Part shown: positions 55,435 through 64,000 of the stretch, piece by piece | Layout of the letters: the number at the start of each line of letters is the position of its first letter | Position numbering within the stretch: position 1 is the first letter of the stretch | Translations under genes and position numbers: made by a program | NCBI GenBank assembly: GCA_017479985.1 | Contig: JAFVBL010000030.1 | Span: forward strand, 2,509 to 66,508 | DNA: 64,000 bases | Direction of reading: 5' to 3' | DNA from: Alphaproteobacteria bacterium | Lineage (GTDB): Bacteria > Pseudomonadota > Alphaproteobacteria > RF32 > CAG-239 | The notes under the pieces: model-generated | What the model was told of the DNA's origin: nothing | Databases searched by the model: none | Seen by the model: only the letters and a program-made list of their open reading frames with translations

Positions 55435-56493
55435 ATGACGGAATACGGTAATAAACATAGCAAAATTCGAGGTGCCAAAGATTTTTCGGAAGAAATTTTG
55501 GAAAAAAGCGCGTCGTGGAAAGCTGTTGCCAAATATTCCGAAGAAAATAAAATAAACAAAGATATTATATTTGCAGGAAAAGTATTACAAGGCGGTAATT
55601 TCAGCGGTGAAAATTTACAAAATGCGGATTTTTCAGGCAGTAATATGCAAGAAATAAACTTGAGCGGTGCCGATTTGCGCGGAGTTGATTTTACCGGTGC
55701 TGATTTAAGCGGTGCCGATTTGAGCGGTGCAAACTTGGAAGGTGCGATTTTTACGGGTGCAAAACTTATCGGCGCGAATTTAAGCGGTGCTAAAATGCAC
55801 GGGGTTACGCTTAAAGAAGCTGATTTGCAAGATGCGATTTTGACAGATGCGGATTTAGATGAATTTTCTGTTCAGGAATTACAGGAGCTTGTTGAATTTT
55901 TGGCGATGTATTATCCGTATAAATTGAACCTCAGTCGCTTGAATTTGGCTTTATTGGATTTGAAGCGTATAGATTTAAGAAGAGTTAATCTGCGCGGTGT
56001 TGATTTTACGGGATGCAATTTTTTCGGCGTTAATATATTTGAACTTGATTTGAGCGAATGTATTATATCACCGGCGCAAATCGAGCAAGCAATCGGTCAT
56101 CAGCCGACACCGGATGAATTGCGTAAACTTTTGGCACCGAAACGCGGAAAGTCAAAAAATCGCGGCGGCGGATTTGACATAGAAGAAATCATCAGAGGCG
56201 GAAAGAGCCGTTTGGATATAGATGTCAGCGGATTGAGCGTTGATACAAAAGATGTTATCAAAGCCGGTAAAGATATGTTTAAAAAAGCAAAATCCAAAGA
56301 AGATAAATCCGAAGTTAAAGAAAATAATAACGAAGAATTGCGTAAATCCATCGAACAATATAAACAGGAAGTTTTGGAGCAACGTAAAGAACAGCAGCTT
56401 CAGCAGGAAAAAAGTGTGGAACAAATGCGTGAGCAAATAGAGGAAACCAGAGCTTTGATAAACGCGCATAAGCAAAAAGGAAATGAGAGATAA
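55435..56493 (+). CDS. Pentapeptide-repeat protein with a charged C-terminal tail
   Basis: Long run of A(D/N)LSG-type pentapeptides (NLSGADLRGVDFTGADLSGADLSGANLEGAIFTGAKLIGANLSGAKM...). Confidence 0.85.
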   Translation: MTEYGNKHSKIRGAKDFSEEILEKSASWKAVAKYSEENKINKDIIFAGKVLQGGNFSGENLQNADFSGSNMQEINLSGADLRGVDFTGADLSGADLSGANLEGAIFTGAKLIGANLSGAKMHGVTLKEADLQDAILTDADLDEFSVQELQELVEFLAMYYPYKLNLSRLNLALLDLKRIDLRRVNLRGVDFTGCNFFGVNIFELDLSECIISPAQIEQAIGHQPTPDELRKLLAPKRGKSKNRGGGFDIEEIIRGGKSRLDIDVSGLSVDTKDVIKAGKDMFKKAKSKEDKSEVKENNNEELRKSIEQYKQEVLEQRKEQQLQQEKSVEQMREQIEETRALINAHKQKGNER

Positions 56494-56494
56494 A

Positions 56495-57817
56495 ATGGAA
56501 GATACACTGTTTTCCGGTGATGTAAAACGTCCGCTTGCCGATAGATTGCGCCCGCAAAAATTGGAAGAAGTTGTCGGTCAGGAACATTTAACGGGTGATG
56601 ACGCACCTATCGGCAGAATGCTTAAATCAGGTAAAATAACATCATTTATTTTATGGGGGCCTCCCGGTTGCGGTAAAACGACAATTGCCCGTTTGATTGC
56701 CGAATATACCAATCTTTATTTTGAGCAAATATCGGCTGTATTTTCAGGTGTTGCGGATTTGAAAAAAGTGTTTCAGTATGCGAAGGAACGCCGACGTTCT
56801 CAAGGTAAAGGCACATTATTGTTTGTAGATGAAATTCATCGTTTTAATAAATCGCAACAGGACGGATTTTTACCGTATGTTGAGGACGGAACGGTGATTC
56901 TTGTCGGTGCGACAACGGAAAATCCTTCATTTGAGCTTAATTCCGCTTTGCTTTCACGTTGTCAGGTATTTGTGCTTAATCGTTTAACGCCGGATAATTT
57001 TGAGGAACTTTTGCAGCGTGCCGAAAAAGAAGAAGGCGAAGCTCTGCCGATTGATGATGAGGCGCGCGGGTTTATTAAAAATATTGCCGACGGTGACGGA
57101 CGTTATATTTTGAATATTGCCGAAAATATATGGGCTTATGCGCAAAAAGGAGAAATTTTTACCAAAGATCAGATTATCAATATTATCCGTTCGCGAGCAC
57201 CGATTTATGACAAAGGTAATGACGGACATTATAATTTAATATCCGCCGTGCACAAATCTTTGCGCGGTTCCGATGTTGATGCGGCTTTGTACTGGGTGGC
57301 GCGTATGTTGACGGCGGGCGAAGATCCGCGCTATTTACTCAGACGTTTGCTGCGTTTTTCGATTGAAGACGTATCGCTTGCCGACCCGAATGCCGTAACA
57401 CAGGCAATAGCGTGTTGTGATACATACGAGAGGCTCGGTTCGCCGGAAGGGGATTTGGCAATTATGCAATTGGCGGCATATTTGGCAACCGCGCCAAAAT
57501 CCGCCGGTGTGTATAAGGCAATGCATAAGGCAATGGAAACCGCCAAACAAACGGGTTCGTTAATGCCGCCGAAACATATTTTAAACGCACCGACCAAACT
57601 GATGAAAAATCTCGGGTACAGTGACGGTTATATTTATGACCAAGATTTGGAAGACGGTTTTTCGGGGCAGAATTATTTTCCGGAAGATATGGCGCGGCGC
57701 AAATTTTATTATCCGGTAGACCGCGGATTTGAGCGTGAAATTAAAAAACGTATCGAATATTTTGATAAATTACGTGCCGAAAAACAAAAAAAGATGAAAA
57801 AAGAAACGGATTCATAG
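56495..57817 (+). CDS. rarA: Replication-associated recombination protein A (MgsA/RarA AAA+ ATPase)
   Basis: Walker A GPPGCGKTT, Walker B LFVDEIHRFNK, and C-terminal MgsA domain (ISAVHKSLRGSDVDAALYW). An alternative ATG lies at 56483. Confidence 0.93.
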   Translation: MEDTLFSGDVKRPLADRLRPQKLEEVVGQEHLTGDDAPIGRMLKSGKITSFILWGPPGCGKTTIARLIAEYTNLYFEQISAVFSGVADLKKVFQYAKERRRSQGKGTLLFVDEIHRFNKSQQDGFLPYVEDGTVILVGATTENPSFELNSALLSRCQVFVLNRLTPDNFEELLQRAEKEEGEALPIDDEARGFIKNIADGDGRYILNIAENIWAYAQKGEIFTKDQIINIIRSRAPIYDKGNDGHYNLISAVHKSLRGSDVDAALYWVARMLTAGEDPRYLLRRLLRFSIEDVSLADPNAVTQAIACCDTYERLGSPEGDLAIMQLAAYLATAPKSAGVYKAMHKAMETAKQTGSLMPPKHILNAPTKLMKNLGYSDGYIYDQDLEDGFSGQNYFPEDMARRKFYYPVDRGFEREIKKRIEYFDKLRAEKQKKMKKETDS

Positions 57818-57818
57818 A

Positions 57819-58196
57819 ATGCAGGAAAATAAAATAATAGCGGCGATTTTGGAATACGATGATTTTAAAAAATTATCGCCGGAACAGCGTCAAAAACTGC
57901 TTGCCGAAGAACGTGTGGAATGGCGGGTGTATATTCCGAAAGAAAACGCGGAAAAATTGACTGACGCAGAAAAAAAAGAGCTTGAAGGTTTTGTAATAAC
58001 CGATAAACAACCGGTAAAAGTTAAAGTCTATACATCAGAAGACTTGTTTCCGAAAAAAATAGAATTGCCGGTGCTTATTGACAGAGAAAAGCTTGAAAAA
58101 TCATTTAAAGAAAAACATCGTCAAATGTCACGGCCGCCGACTCCGCGCAAAATATTTAATCGTAATTTCAACTCGCATAAAAAAGGAGGACGCTGA
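57819..58196 (+). CDS. Hypothetical protein (125 aa, basic C-terminus)
   Basis: Tightly packed between rarA and the pseudouridine synthase gene; no motif recognised. Confidence 0.45.
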   Translation: MQENKIIAAILEYDDFKKLSPEQRQKLLAEERVEWRVYIPKENAEKLTDAEKKELEGFVITDKQPVKVKVYTSEDLFPKKIELPVLIDREKLEKSFKEKHRQMSRPPTPRKIFNRNFNSHKKGGR

Positions 58197-58197
58197 A

Positions 58198-59127
58198 ATG
58201 GCAGGCGTTACAATCATAAAAATAAAACCGGAAGATGGCGGAATCCGTCTTAACCGTTGGTTTTTGCGCGAATATCCGGCTTTGAGTTTGAGCCGATTGC
58301 AAAAATTGTTGCGCACCAAACAAATCAAAGTTGACGGTAAAAAGGCCGAAACCTCTACCCGTTTGGTTGCCGGTCAGGAGTTGCGTATACCGCCGCTTGA
58401 TAATGAAAAAGCCGTGCCGGATAATAAAATTTTAAGCGCGAAAGATATTGAATACATTACGTCAATGGTTATTTTTAAGGATAAGAATATTATCGTGTTA
58501 AATAAGCCGTCCGGTTTGGCTGTTCAGGGTGGTACAAACACCGCACGCCATATCGACGGCTTGCTTGATGCATTAAAGTTTGAAAATGTCGAACGTCCGA
58601 AATTGGTGCATCGAATTGATAAAGATACAAGCGGTTTGCTTTTGCTTGCGCGCAATCGTCAATATGCCGATATTTTAACAAAAGCTTTTCGAGAACATAC
58701 GTTACAAAAAACGTATTTGGCGCTTGTACGCGGTTGCCCGATTCATAAAGAAGGAACAATCGATTTTCCGCTTGAAAAAGTCGGTGAACGAATGGAGGTT
58801 GTTGATGATGGGCAAAAGGCGTTGACTGAAATAAGAGTTCTCGATAATATCGGTAAAAAATATGCGTTGGTTGAGGCAAAACCGTTGACCGGACGCACAC
58901 ATCAAATCAGGGTGCATCTTGAAAGCATAGGTACGCCGATTTTGGGTGATAATAAATATTACGGCGCCGAAAGATTACGCTTGAAAGATATTGCAGATAA
59001 GTTGTATTTGCACGCTTATAAAATAGATTTAAGCGCGGTATACGGCAAAAAAACAATAATTGAAGCGGCACTGCCGAAACATTTTGTTGATGCGTGTCAA
59101 TTTTTTGGATTGGAGATGGAAAAATGA
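58198..59127 (+). CDS. RluA-family (RluC/RluD-like) rRNA pseudouridine synthase
   Basis: S4-like N-terminus (RLNRWF...), catalytic HRIDKDTSGLLLLA, and GRTHQIRVH. Confidence 0.85.
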   Translation: MAGVTIIKIKPEDGGIRLNRWFLREYPALSLSRLQKLLRTKQIKVDGKKAETSTRLVAGQELRIPPLDNEKAVPDNKILSAKDIEYITSMVIFKDKNIIVLNKPSGLAVQGGTNTARHIDGLLDALKFENVERPKLVHRIDKDTSGLLLLARNRQYADILTKAFREHTLQKTYLALVRGCPIHKEGTIDFPLEKVGERMEVVDDGQKALTEIRVLDNIGKKYALVEAKPLTGRTHQIRVHLESIGTPILGDNKYYGAERLRLKDIADKLYLHAYKIDLSAVYGKKTIIEAALPKHFVDACQFFGLEMEK

Positions 59128-61304
59128 AAAAATTTTTGAAGATTTTGCTTGTTATTGTATTGATTCCGGTTTTCATAATCGGCGGTGCATTGGGATTTTT
59201 AAAGTTTGCGGATTTGAATAAATATAAGCCGCAGATTGAAGAAATGGCACAGAAATACGCCGGTTTGGATGTTAAAATAAACGGCGATATTGATGTCGGT
59301 GTGTCGTTAAAACCGAGTTTGCAATTGAGTGATGTAACAATCAATCAGGGTGAAAAGAAAATTGCGCATATCGGAAATGCGTTGGTGCAAATTTCCGTAA
59401 TGCCGCTGTTTCATAAAGAAATAGTGATTGATCGTGTAAAAACAGATAATACTGAAGTATTTTACGGTGATAAAAACAGTGTTTTGATAAACGAATTAAA
59501 TGCCGGAATGGAAGATGCCGACACGCCGATAGAGTTTGATTTTGACACATCTGCGGCAAATATAGATATTACGGGAAAAGGTACAGTTTCTGCGCTTAAC
59601 AAAATAAAGGCATCAGGCTATAATCAGATTGATGTTGATGCGGCGATTAACGCTTTGGGTTATGTGCTTAATTTTGACGGTACGGTGGACGGCTTAAAAG
59701 AAAAAGTGAAAGCGGCCGGAAAATACGAACTGACATACAAAAGTGCAAAAATCAGCGGACAGGTAAGTGCCGATACGGCAACGGAAATTCCGTATATTAA
59801 AATGAATGCAAGCAGTGATGCATTGAGTGTTGTTGAATTTACCGGCAAAAAACAAGCGGTACTCGGCAACGGTTGGTTGATTAAATCAGCCGCGGCAGCG
59901 GATTATATTCCGAATACGCAAATTCCGTATGATTATCTTAAAATGGTCAATGCCGATATTACGCTTGATGTTAAAAAAATCGTGGTTGATAAAGATATTG
60001 TTTTGACTAATGTCAAGGGTGATGCCACCGTTAAAAACGGTGTATTTAAAGCGAATATTCAAAATGTTGCTTTTAAAGGCAACACAATATCCGGCAGTGC
60101 GGAAATTACATCGCCGAAAGCTTTGCCGTATATTAAACTGAATATAAAAGGTGATGGTTTTAATTTGATGGATTTTCAAAAAAACACCGCACCGAAAGCG
60201 GCAGATAAAAAGGCTGAGTTGATGGATTTTTTTATAAGTTCGGCACAAGCTTCCGAACTTATGGCGAATACCCCTATTCCGTACCAATATTTGAAAATGG
60301 CACACGCCGATGTTAATCTTAATTTGAAAAAAATCCAACTAAATAAAGATATATCTTTGACTGATGTCAGGCTTTCCGCAACACTTAAAAACAGTGTTTT
60401 AAATACAAATATTCAAAATATCACCGCCGGCTCGGGTACTGTCAGCGGTACGTTGACTTTAAATGGTGCAAAAAAGAGTATGGCGGCGGATATAACAGGT
60501 AAAAATATTATTTTGCAACAATTTTATACACCGCTTTCAACCGCAAATAACGAAGTTTATTTTAAGAACGGCGGTAAGTCGAATTTGTTGCTTAAAATAA
60601 ACACTTCCGGCGATAATACGGACCAATATTTGGCAAATATGAACGGGCAAATCATCGGATTGGTAGATCAATCCGTTTTACAAATCAAGAGTTTGGAAAA
60701 ATTGAAAGGAAATATTCTTGTGCAAGCGCTCAGTTTGGTTAAACTAAATGTGACAAACAAGGACTTAAATCTTAAATGTGCGGTGGTACGCGGTGATATT
60801 TCCGGCGGAACAGTTAATTTTCCGAAAGGGATTGCAATTGATGCAAAAGATTTTTATTTGGTTGCCGACGGTAAATTGAATATGAAAAATGATAAAATAA
60901 ATATGGATTTAAAACCGTTTTCGGGAAGTATTACCGATGTAAATATATCCAATGTTTTAGGCGGACTGGTTAAGGTGACGGGTACGGTTAAAAATCCGAA
61001 ACTCGGCTTAAATCAGACCGAAACCGCAAAAAATGTGGTCGGAATTTTGGCATCGGGCGGCGCATACAATGTCGGCGATATGATATTTTCGGCGGACGGA
61101 GCACCTTGTCATACAGCGCTTGAAGGAACAGCTTATGCCACCTATTTTCCGGCGGATAAATCGGTAAAAGGAGCGGTTTCCGGCGGTTATACCAATACAA
61201 AAGATGCCATAAAAGGTTTGGGTACCGAATTGAAAAATCAGGCAAAAGGTGCCGGCAAACAGGTTAAAGAACTCGGTAAACAATTAAAGGGACTTTTTAA
61301 ATAA
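59124..61304 (+). CDS. AsmA-family outer-membrane biogenesis/lipid-transport protein
   Basis: N-terminal anchor MKKFLKILLVIVLIPVFIIGG... and a long beta-rich periplasmic body typical of AsmA. ATGA overlap with the upstream gene. Confidence 0.75.
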   Translation: MKKFLKILLVIVLIPVFIIGGALGFLKFADLNKYKPQIEEMAQKYAGLDVKINGDIDVGVSLKPSLQLSDVTINQGEKKIAHIGNALVQISVMPLFHKEIVIDRVKTDNTEVFYGDKNSVLINELNAGMEDADTPIEFDFDTSAANIDITGKGTVSALNKIKASGYNQIDVDAAINALGYVLNFDGTVDGLKEKVKAAGKYELTYKSAKISGQVSADTATEIPYIKMNASSDALSVVEFTGKKQAVLGNGWLIKSAAAADYIPNTQIPYDYLKMVNADITLDVKKIVVDKDIVLTNVKGDATVKNGVFKANIQNVAFKGNTISGSAEITSPKALPYIKLNIKGDGFNLMDFQKNTAPKAADKKAELMDFFISSAQASELMANTPIPYQYLKMAHADVNLNLKKIQLNKDISLTDVRLSATLKNSVLNTNIQNITAGSGTVSGTLTLNGAKKSMAADITGKNIILQQFYTPLSTANNEVYFKNGGKSNLLLKINTSGDNTDQYLANMNGQIIGLVDQSVLQIKSLEKLKGNILVQALSLVKLNVTNKDLNLKCAVVRGDISGGTVNFPKGIAIDAKDFYLVADGKLNMKNDKINMDLKPFSGSITDVNISNVLGGLVKVTGTVKNPKLGLNQTETAKNVVGILASGGAYNVGDMIFSADGAPCHTALEGTAYATYFPADKSVKGAVSGGYTNTKDAIKGLGTELKNQAKGAGKQVKELGKQLKGLFK

Positions 61305-61789
61305 TGGATTTTGAAAAATCAGAAAAATATATTGCTGCACATCGCGAAGAAACAATAGAACATTTGGGTCGTTTTTTGTTGGCAGATACATTGTTGTTTT
61401 GGAGCGATAAAGCCGGTTTGAATGCCTATCAGAAAAAACATTGGCGACCTATCTTAAATGATTTGAACACTGTATTTAAACTGGATTTTAAAGAAACAAT
61501 AAGTTTGATTCCGGCAAAAAATACAAATTCAGAAAAAAAGTTTGTACAGCTTTTGAACACTCTTTCGGATAAAGAACTTACGGCGTGTTTTTTTGCGGCC
61601 TCGGAAATGAAATCCGTGCTACTCGGTTTTCTCTTTGCAAAACATAAAATAGCCGAAAAAGATGCGCTTGAGGCAGCTTATTTGGAAGAATTGTATCAAA
61701 ATCGGTTTTGGGGAGAAGATATTGCGGCCGTAAATGCGCGTAAACAATCAAAACAAATGCTTGATAAAATAGCGGAGTATTTGGCGTAA
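61304..61789 (+). CDS. ATP12-family F1-ATPase assembly chaperone, short (C-terminal helical part only)
   Basis: DTLLFWSDKAGLNAYQKKHWRPILNDL and EELYQNRFWGEDIAAVNARK match ATP12 C-domain blocks. 161 aa. Confidence 0.65.
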   Translation: MDFEKSEKYIAAHREETIEHLGRFLLADTLLFWSDKAGLNAYQKKHWRPILNDLNTVFKLDFKETISLIPAKNTNSEKKFVQLLNTLSDKELTACFFAASEMKSVLLGFLFAKHKIAEKDALEAAYLEELYQNRFWGEDIAAVNARKQSKQMLDKIAEYLA

Positions 61790-62073
61790 TGGCGGAAAAA
61801 TGCTTAAAAGTAAGCGGTCGGGTTCAGGGTGTCGGATTTCGTTTTTGGGCGGCACGATTGGCGCGTTCAATCGGTGATATATCCGGTTATGCGTGTAATT
61901 TGCCGGACGGCGATGTTTTGGTCTTGCTTTCCGGCGCGGCAGATAAAATTGATGAAATGCATATAAAACTTTATGCCGGCCCTTTGTTTGCACGGGTGGA
62001 TAAAATTGTTGAAACACCGGAACTGAAACTCCTTCTCCCACCGGTTGAAAACGGTGTATTTAAAAGAATTTGA
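61789..62073 (+). CDS. acyP: Acylphosphatase
   Basis: VSGRVQGVGFRFWA signature; 94 aa. Confidence 0.85.
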   Translation: MAEKCLKVSGRVQGVGFRFWAARLARSIGDISGYACNLPDGDVLVLLSGAADKIDEMHIKLYAGPLFARVDKIVETPELKLLLPPVENGVFKRI

Positions 62074-62080
62074 ATTTGGT

Positions 62081-62308
62081 TTAATCTTCAAAAATAATAC
62101 GTATTTTTTTGCCGGAAAATTCGGTGAGGCGGCGCAATGCCGAATACTGAATAAACTTGCCGTTTTCCATACCTTCAATGATACGCTCGGGTATTTTGGT
62201 TTGATATGCAACCGTATGCAGATACATAAATTTTTCTTGCCGAAGACGCCATAATTCAGCGCCGATTTTGCGCAACATATCTTTTTCCACATAAAAACAT
62301 CTGGACAT
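62081..62308 (-). CDS. Small XRE-family helix-turn-helix regulator
   Basis: IGAELWRLRQEKFMYLHTVAYQTKIPERIIEGMENGK fits an HTH_3/XRE pattern. AAGGAG lies 9 nt upstream of the ATG. Confidence 0.55.
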   Translation of the reverse strand: MSRCFYVEKDMLRKIGAELWRLRQEKFMYLHTVAYQTKIPERIIEGMENGKFIQYSALRRLTEFSGKKIRIIFED

Positions 62309-62340
62309 TGCCCTGAACTCCTTAATTTGTTAAATCAAAA

Positions 62341-62488
62341 CAAAAACGACCACTCAAAAAGCGGTCGGGAGTTCACAACTGCAAGAAGACAGTCCGGTTT
62401 ATTCAATATATTCAACCGGCTCCCCACCTGCGAGGAGTTATTTTCTTCTTGGGAGCTGTGATACTCCGCCGACAATCTCTTGCCGACG
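62341..62488 (-). ncRNA. Structured leader / candidate riboswitch-like element (class not recognised) ending in an intrinsic terminator
   Basis: The minus-strand transcript would fold as P1, P2 and two hairpins. It ends in the terminator CGACCGC-TTTTTGA-GTGGTCG-TTTTTGTTTTG (62341-62367). A G:U pair in the stems is only consistent with the minus strand. Confidence 0.4.
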
Positions 62489-62494
62489 AAAATC

Positions 62495-62522
62495 ATATTA
62501 ACAAAAATAATAAAAAATGCAA
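62495..62522 (-). promoter_or_regulatory. Sigma70-like promoter for the structured leader
   Basis: Minus strand: TTGCAT (62522-62517), 16-nt spacer, TAATAT (62500-62495). Confidence 0.45.
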
Positions 62523-62611
62523 GCTAAAAATAGTAAAAACACTGTATTTAAATCTTAGGCCATATTGAAAACAAAAGGAAAATTTATATGTTTTGATTGA
62601 GGAGAAAAAAT

Positions 62612-62890
62612 ATGAAAGTTGAAAAAAATCTTGAAAATTTGAGCAAGTGTTTGTGTATGAAATGTCCGTCGTATACCAATCATTGCAAGCTGAAAAATGC
62701 ACCGCAAAATTTTATAAAACTGATGAAAAATTTTGATGATACGCGTCATTATGAGAAAATGTTTTGTGCTTACGAAAAAAGCGATTGTATTTTTGAAGGT
62801 AACGGTTGTTTATGCACAACCTGCGAAGTGTTTCGAAATTATAATTTAAAACACAGAAGTTATTGTCTGCACACCGGTGGTGTAATGTAA
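62612..62890 (+). CDS. Small Cys-rich protein (DUF2769-like)
   Basis: GAGGAG RBS. The product is MKVEKNLENLSKCLCMKCPSYTNHC...FCAYEKSDC...CLCTTCEV... with a repeated CxC/CxxC pattern. Confidence 0.5.
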   Translation: MKVEKNLENLSKCLCMKCPSYTNHCKLKNAPQNFIKLMKNFDDTRHYEKMFCAYEKSDCIFEGNGCLCTTCEVFRNYNLKHRSYCLHTGGVM

Positions 62891-62930
62891 AAAGCAATCC
62901 CCGAAAATAAAATCGGGGATTGTTTCATTT

Positions 62931-63749
62931 TTATTCCGCTTTTTCGGCGGCTCTTTTTTCTTTTAAGAAGCGCCAAACCGTAAACGGAATTGTTAAAACA
63001 TAGGTCAATGTCATTAAACCGAGAGTCAACCACGGTTTGGTAATAAGACAGCTGACGGCAAGCGCAAATAAAATCATCAGCGGAACATACCAATCACCAC
63101 TGATTTTTGTTTTTTTAACCGAAAGCGTAGGTATTCGGCTGACCATCAAAAACGCAACCACAAGCATTAAAACACCGCAAAAATACGGATTGCGCAATAT
63201 AAATTCCAGCTCTTTAAAATCAAACCAAATCAACAGCGGCATAACCCCGATTGCCGCAGCCATCGGTGCCGGAACACCGACAAAATAATGCGACCAATAT
63301 TCCGGAACGCTTGAATCTTCCAACATTGTGTTAAATCGTGCTAAACGCATAGACATTGCCGCCGAAAACATCAGCGTAAAAATCCAACCCCAATGCGGCA
63401 GAGTGCTGAGCGACCATAGATACATCAATATCGCCGGTGCAACGCCGAAACTGACAAAGTCTGAAAGTGAATCCAGTTCAGCCCCGAATTTTGACGAGGC
63501 TTTCAATTTACGTGCCACCCGTCCGTCAAGTCCGTCAAAAATACTTGCAAAAAAGATACATAAAATGGCGTATGTCCATTTGCCCATAATGGCAAAACGA
63601 ATTGTTGTAATACCCGAACACAGCGCCATCAAAGTCACGATATTCGGCGCCATTTTGCGAAACGGAACCTCTTTTAATTTGCCGATGGCCTTCTTTTTTA
63701 TTTCGGCACGTTTCGGAAGTTGCACCGAATTTTTTACTTTTTTAATCAT
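62931..63749 (-). CDS. pssA: CDP-diacylglycerol--serine O-phosphatidyltransferase
   Basis: CDP-alcohol phosphatidyltransferase motif DGLDGRVARKLKASSKFGAELDSLSD; multi-TM. Confidence 0.9.
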   Translation of the reverse strand: MIKKVKNSVQLPKRAEIKKKAIGKLKEVPFRKMAPNIVTLMALCSGITTIRFAIMGKWTYAILCIFFASIFDGLDGRVARKLKASSKFGAELDSLSDFVSFGVAPAILMYLWSLSTLPHWGWIFTLMFSAAMSMRLARFNTMLEDSSVPEYWSHYFVGVPAPMAAAIGVMPLLIWFDFKELEFILRNPYFCGVLMLVVAFLMVSRIPTLSVKKTKISGDWYVPLMILFALAVSCLITKPWLTLGLMTLTYVLTIPFTVWRFLKEKRAAEKAE

Positions 63750-64000
63750 TCTCTGATTTCTCCTTCAATGCGGGGAGCATCTGATTTAATATCTGCAATT
63801 ATTGTTTCACCGCCAACCATTTTCTGTCCGACACAAACTTGCGGTTCAACTTTTTCCGGCAAGAATAATTCGATATAGCCGCCAAAACGGATAAAGCCGA
63901 ATTTTTGACCGGCATTGAATTCATCTCCGACCTTAATTTTGTTGACAATGCGTTTTGAGCAAAAGGTTGCCGTTTGTTTGACTGCAAAATCAAATCCTTC
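63746..64000 (-). CDS. psd: Phosphatidylserine decarboxylase, C-terminal 84 codons (5' part outside window)
   Basis: The minus frame is open from the window edge: ...KVGDEFNAGQKFGFIRFGGYIELFLPEKVEPQVCVGQKMVGGETIIADI...*. ATGA overlap with pssA. It is absent from the ORF track because no Met lies in the window. Confidence 0.8.
   Translation of the reverse strand, partial: EGFDFAVKQTATFCSKRIVNKIKVGDEFNAGQKFGFIRFGGYIELFLPEKVEPQVCVGQKMVGGETIIADIKSDAPRIEGEIRE

Noticed and set aside
62341-62488. Identity of the structured RNA as SRP (4.5S), 6S, RNase P or tmRNA, or as a plus-strand riboswitch for the DUF2769-like gene.
   Set aside because: It has no GGAA/AGCA domain-IV motif of SRP, no RNase P P4 or GAAAGUCCGG context of suitable size, and no tRNA-like ends. 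The plus-strand reading turns G:U pairs into A:C mismatches and places the element upstream of, not within, the likely plus-strand promoter-to-gene interval.

Overview
Moderately AT-rich, tightly packed 64-kb chromosomal segment with about 75 protein genes and one tRNA. I saw no transposase, integrase, phage gene, CRISPR array or rRNA. Most genes are housekeeping: tsaD, nth, serS, trpS, alaS, yajC-secD-secF, greA, rho, coaE-dnaQ, rnj, map, rarA, rluC-like and pssA-psd. Several markers suggest an anaerobic, probably host-associated alphaproteobacterium. These are an ATP12 chaperone, a Mic60-like protein next to tsaD, maf-rng-yacG, rho facing coaE-dnaQ, Mla/MCE, AsmA, and a class III (anaerobic) ribonucleotide reductase with no heme genes at the expected positions. 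I did not find one obvious multi-gene novel system. The observations most worth follow-up are listed below.
(1) nrdD has its glycyl-radical segment encoded as a separate 72-aa ORF with its own RBS.
(2) A DnaA-box-rich AT-rich gap between rho and coaE-dnaQ looks like a collapsed alphaproteobacterial oriC.
(3) A ~110-nt extended-hairpin element family has a conserved 27-nt apical loop but completely swapped, still complementary, stems. One copy is triplicated as a 99-bp tandem array behind rho.
(4) A promoter, structured RNA and intrinsic terminator form a riboswitch-like leader in front of a small XRE regulator.
(5) A Mic60-like / ADP-dependent sugar kinase / kinase-pyrophosphatase-fusion operon.
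(6) A TolC-like lipoprotein with a C-terminal Ig-like domain lies divergent from an orphan VirB8-like gene.
(7) Two paralogous pilin-like proteins have no pilus machinery nearby.
(8) A Psd whose pyruvoyl-precursor Ser reads as Gly.
All calls come from reading the translations and sequence by eye. No database search was run.
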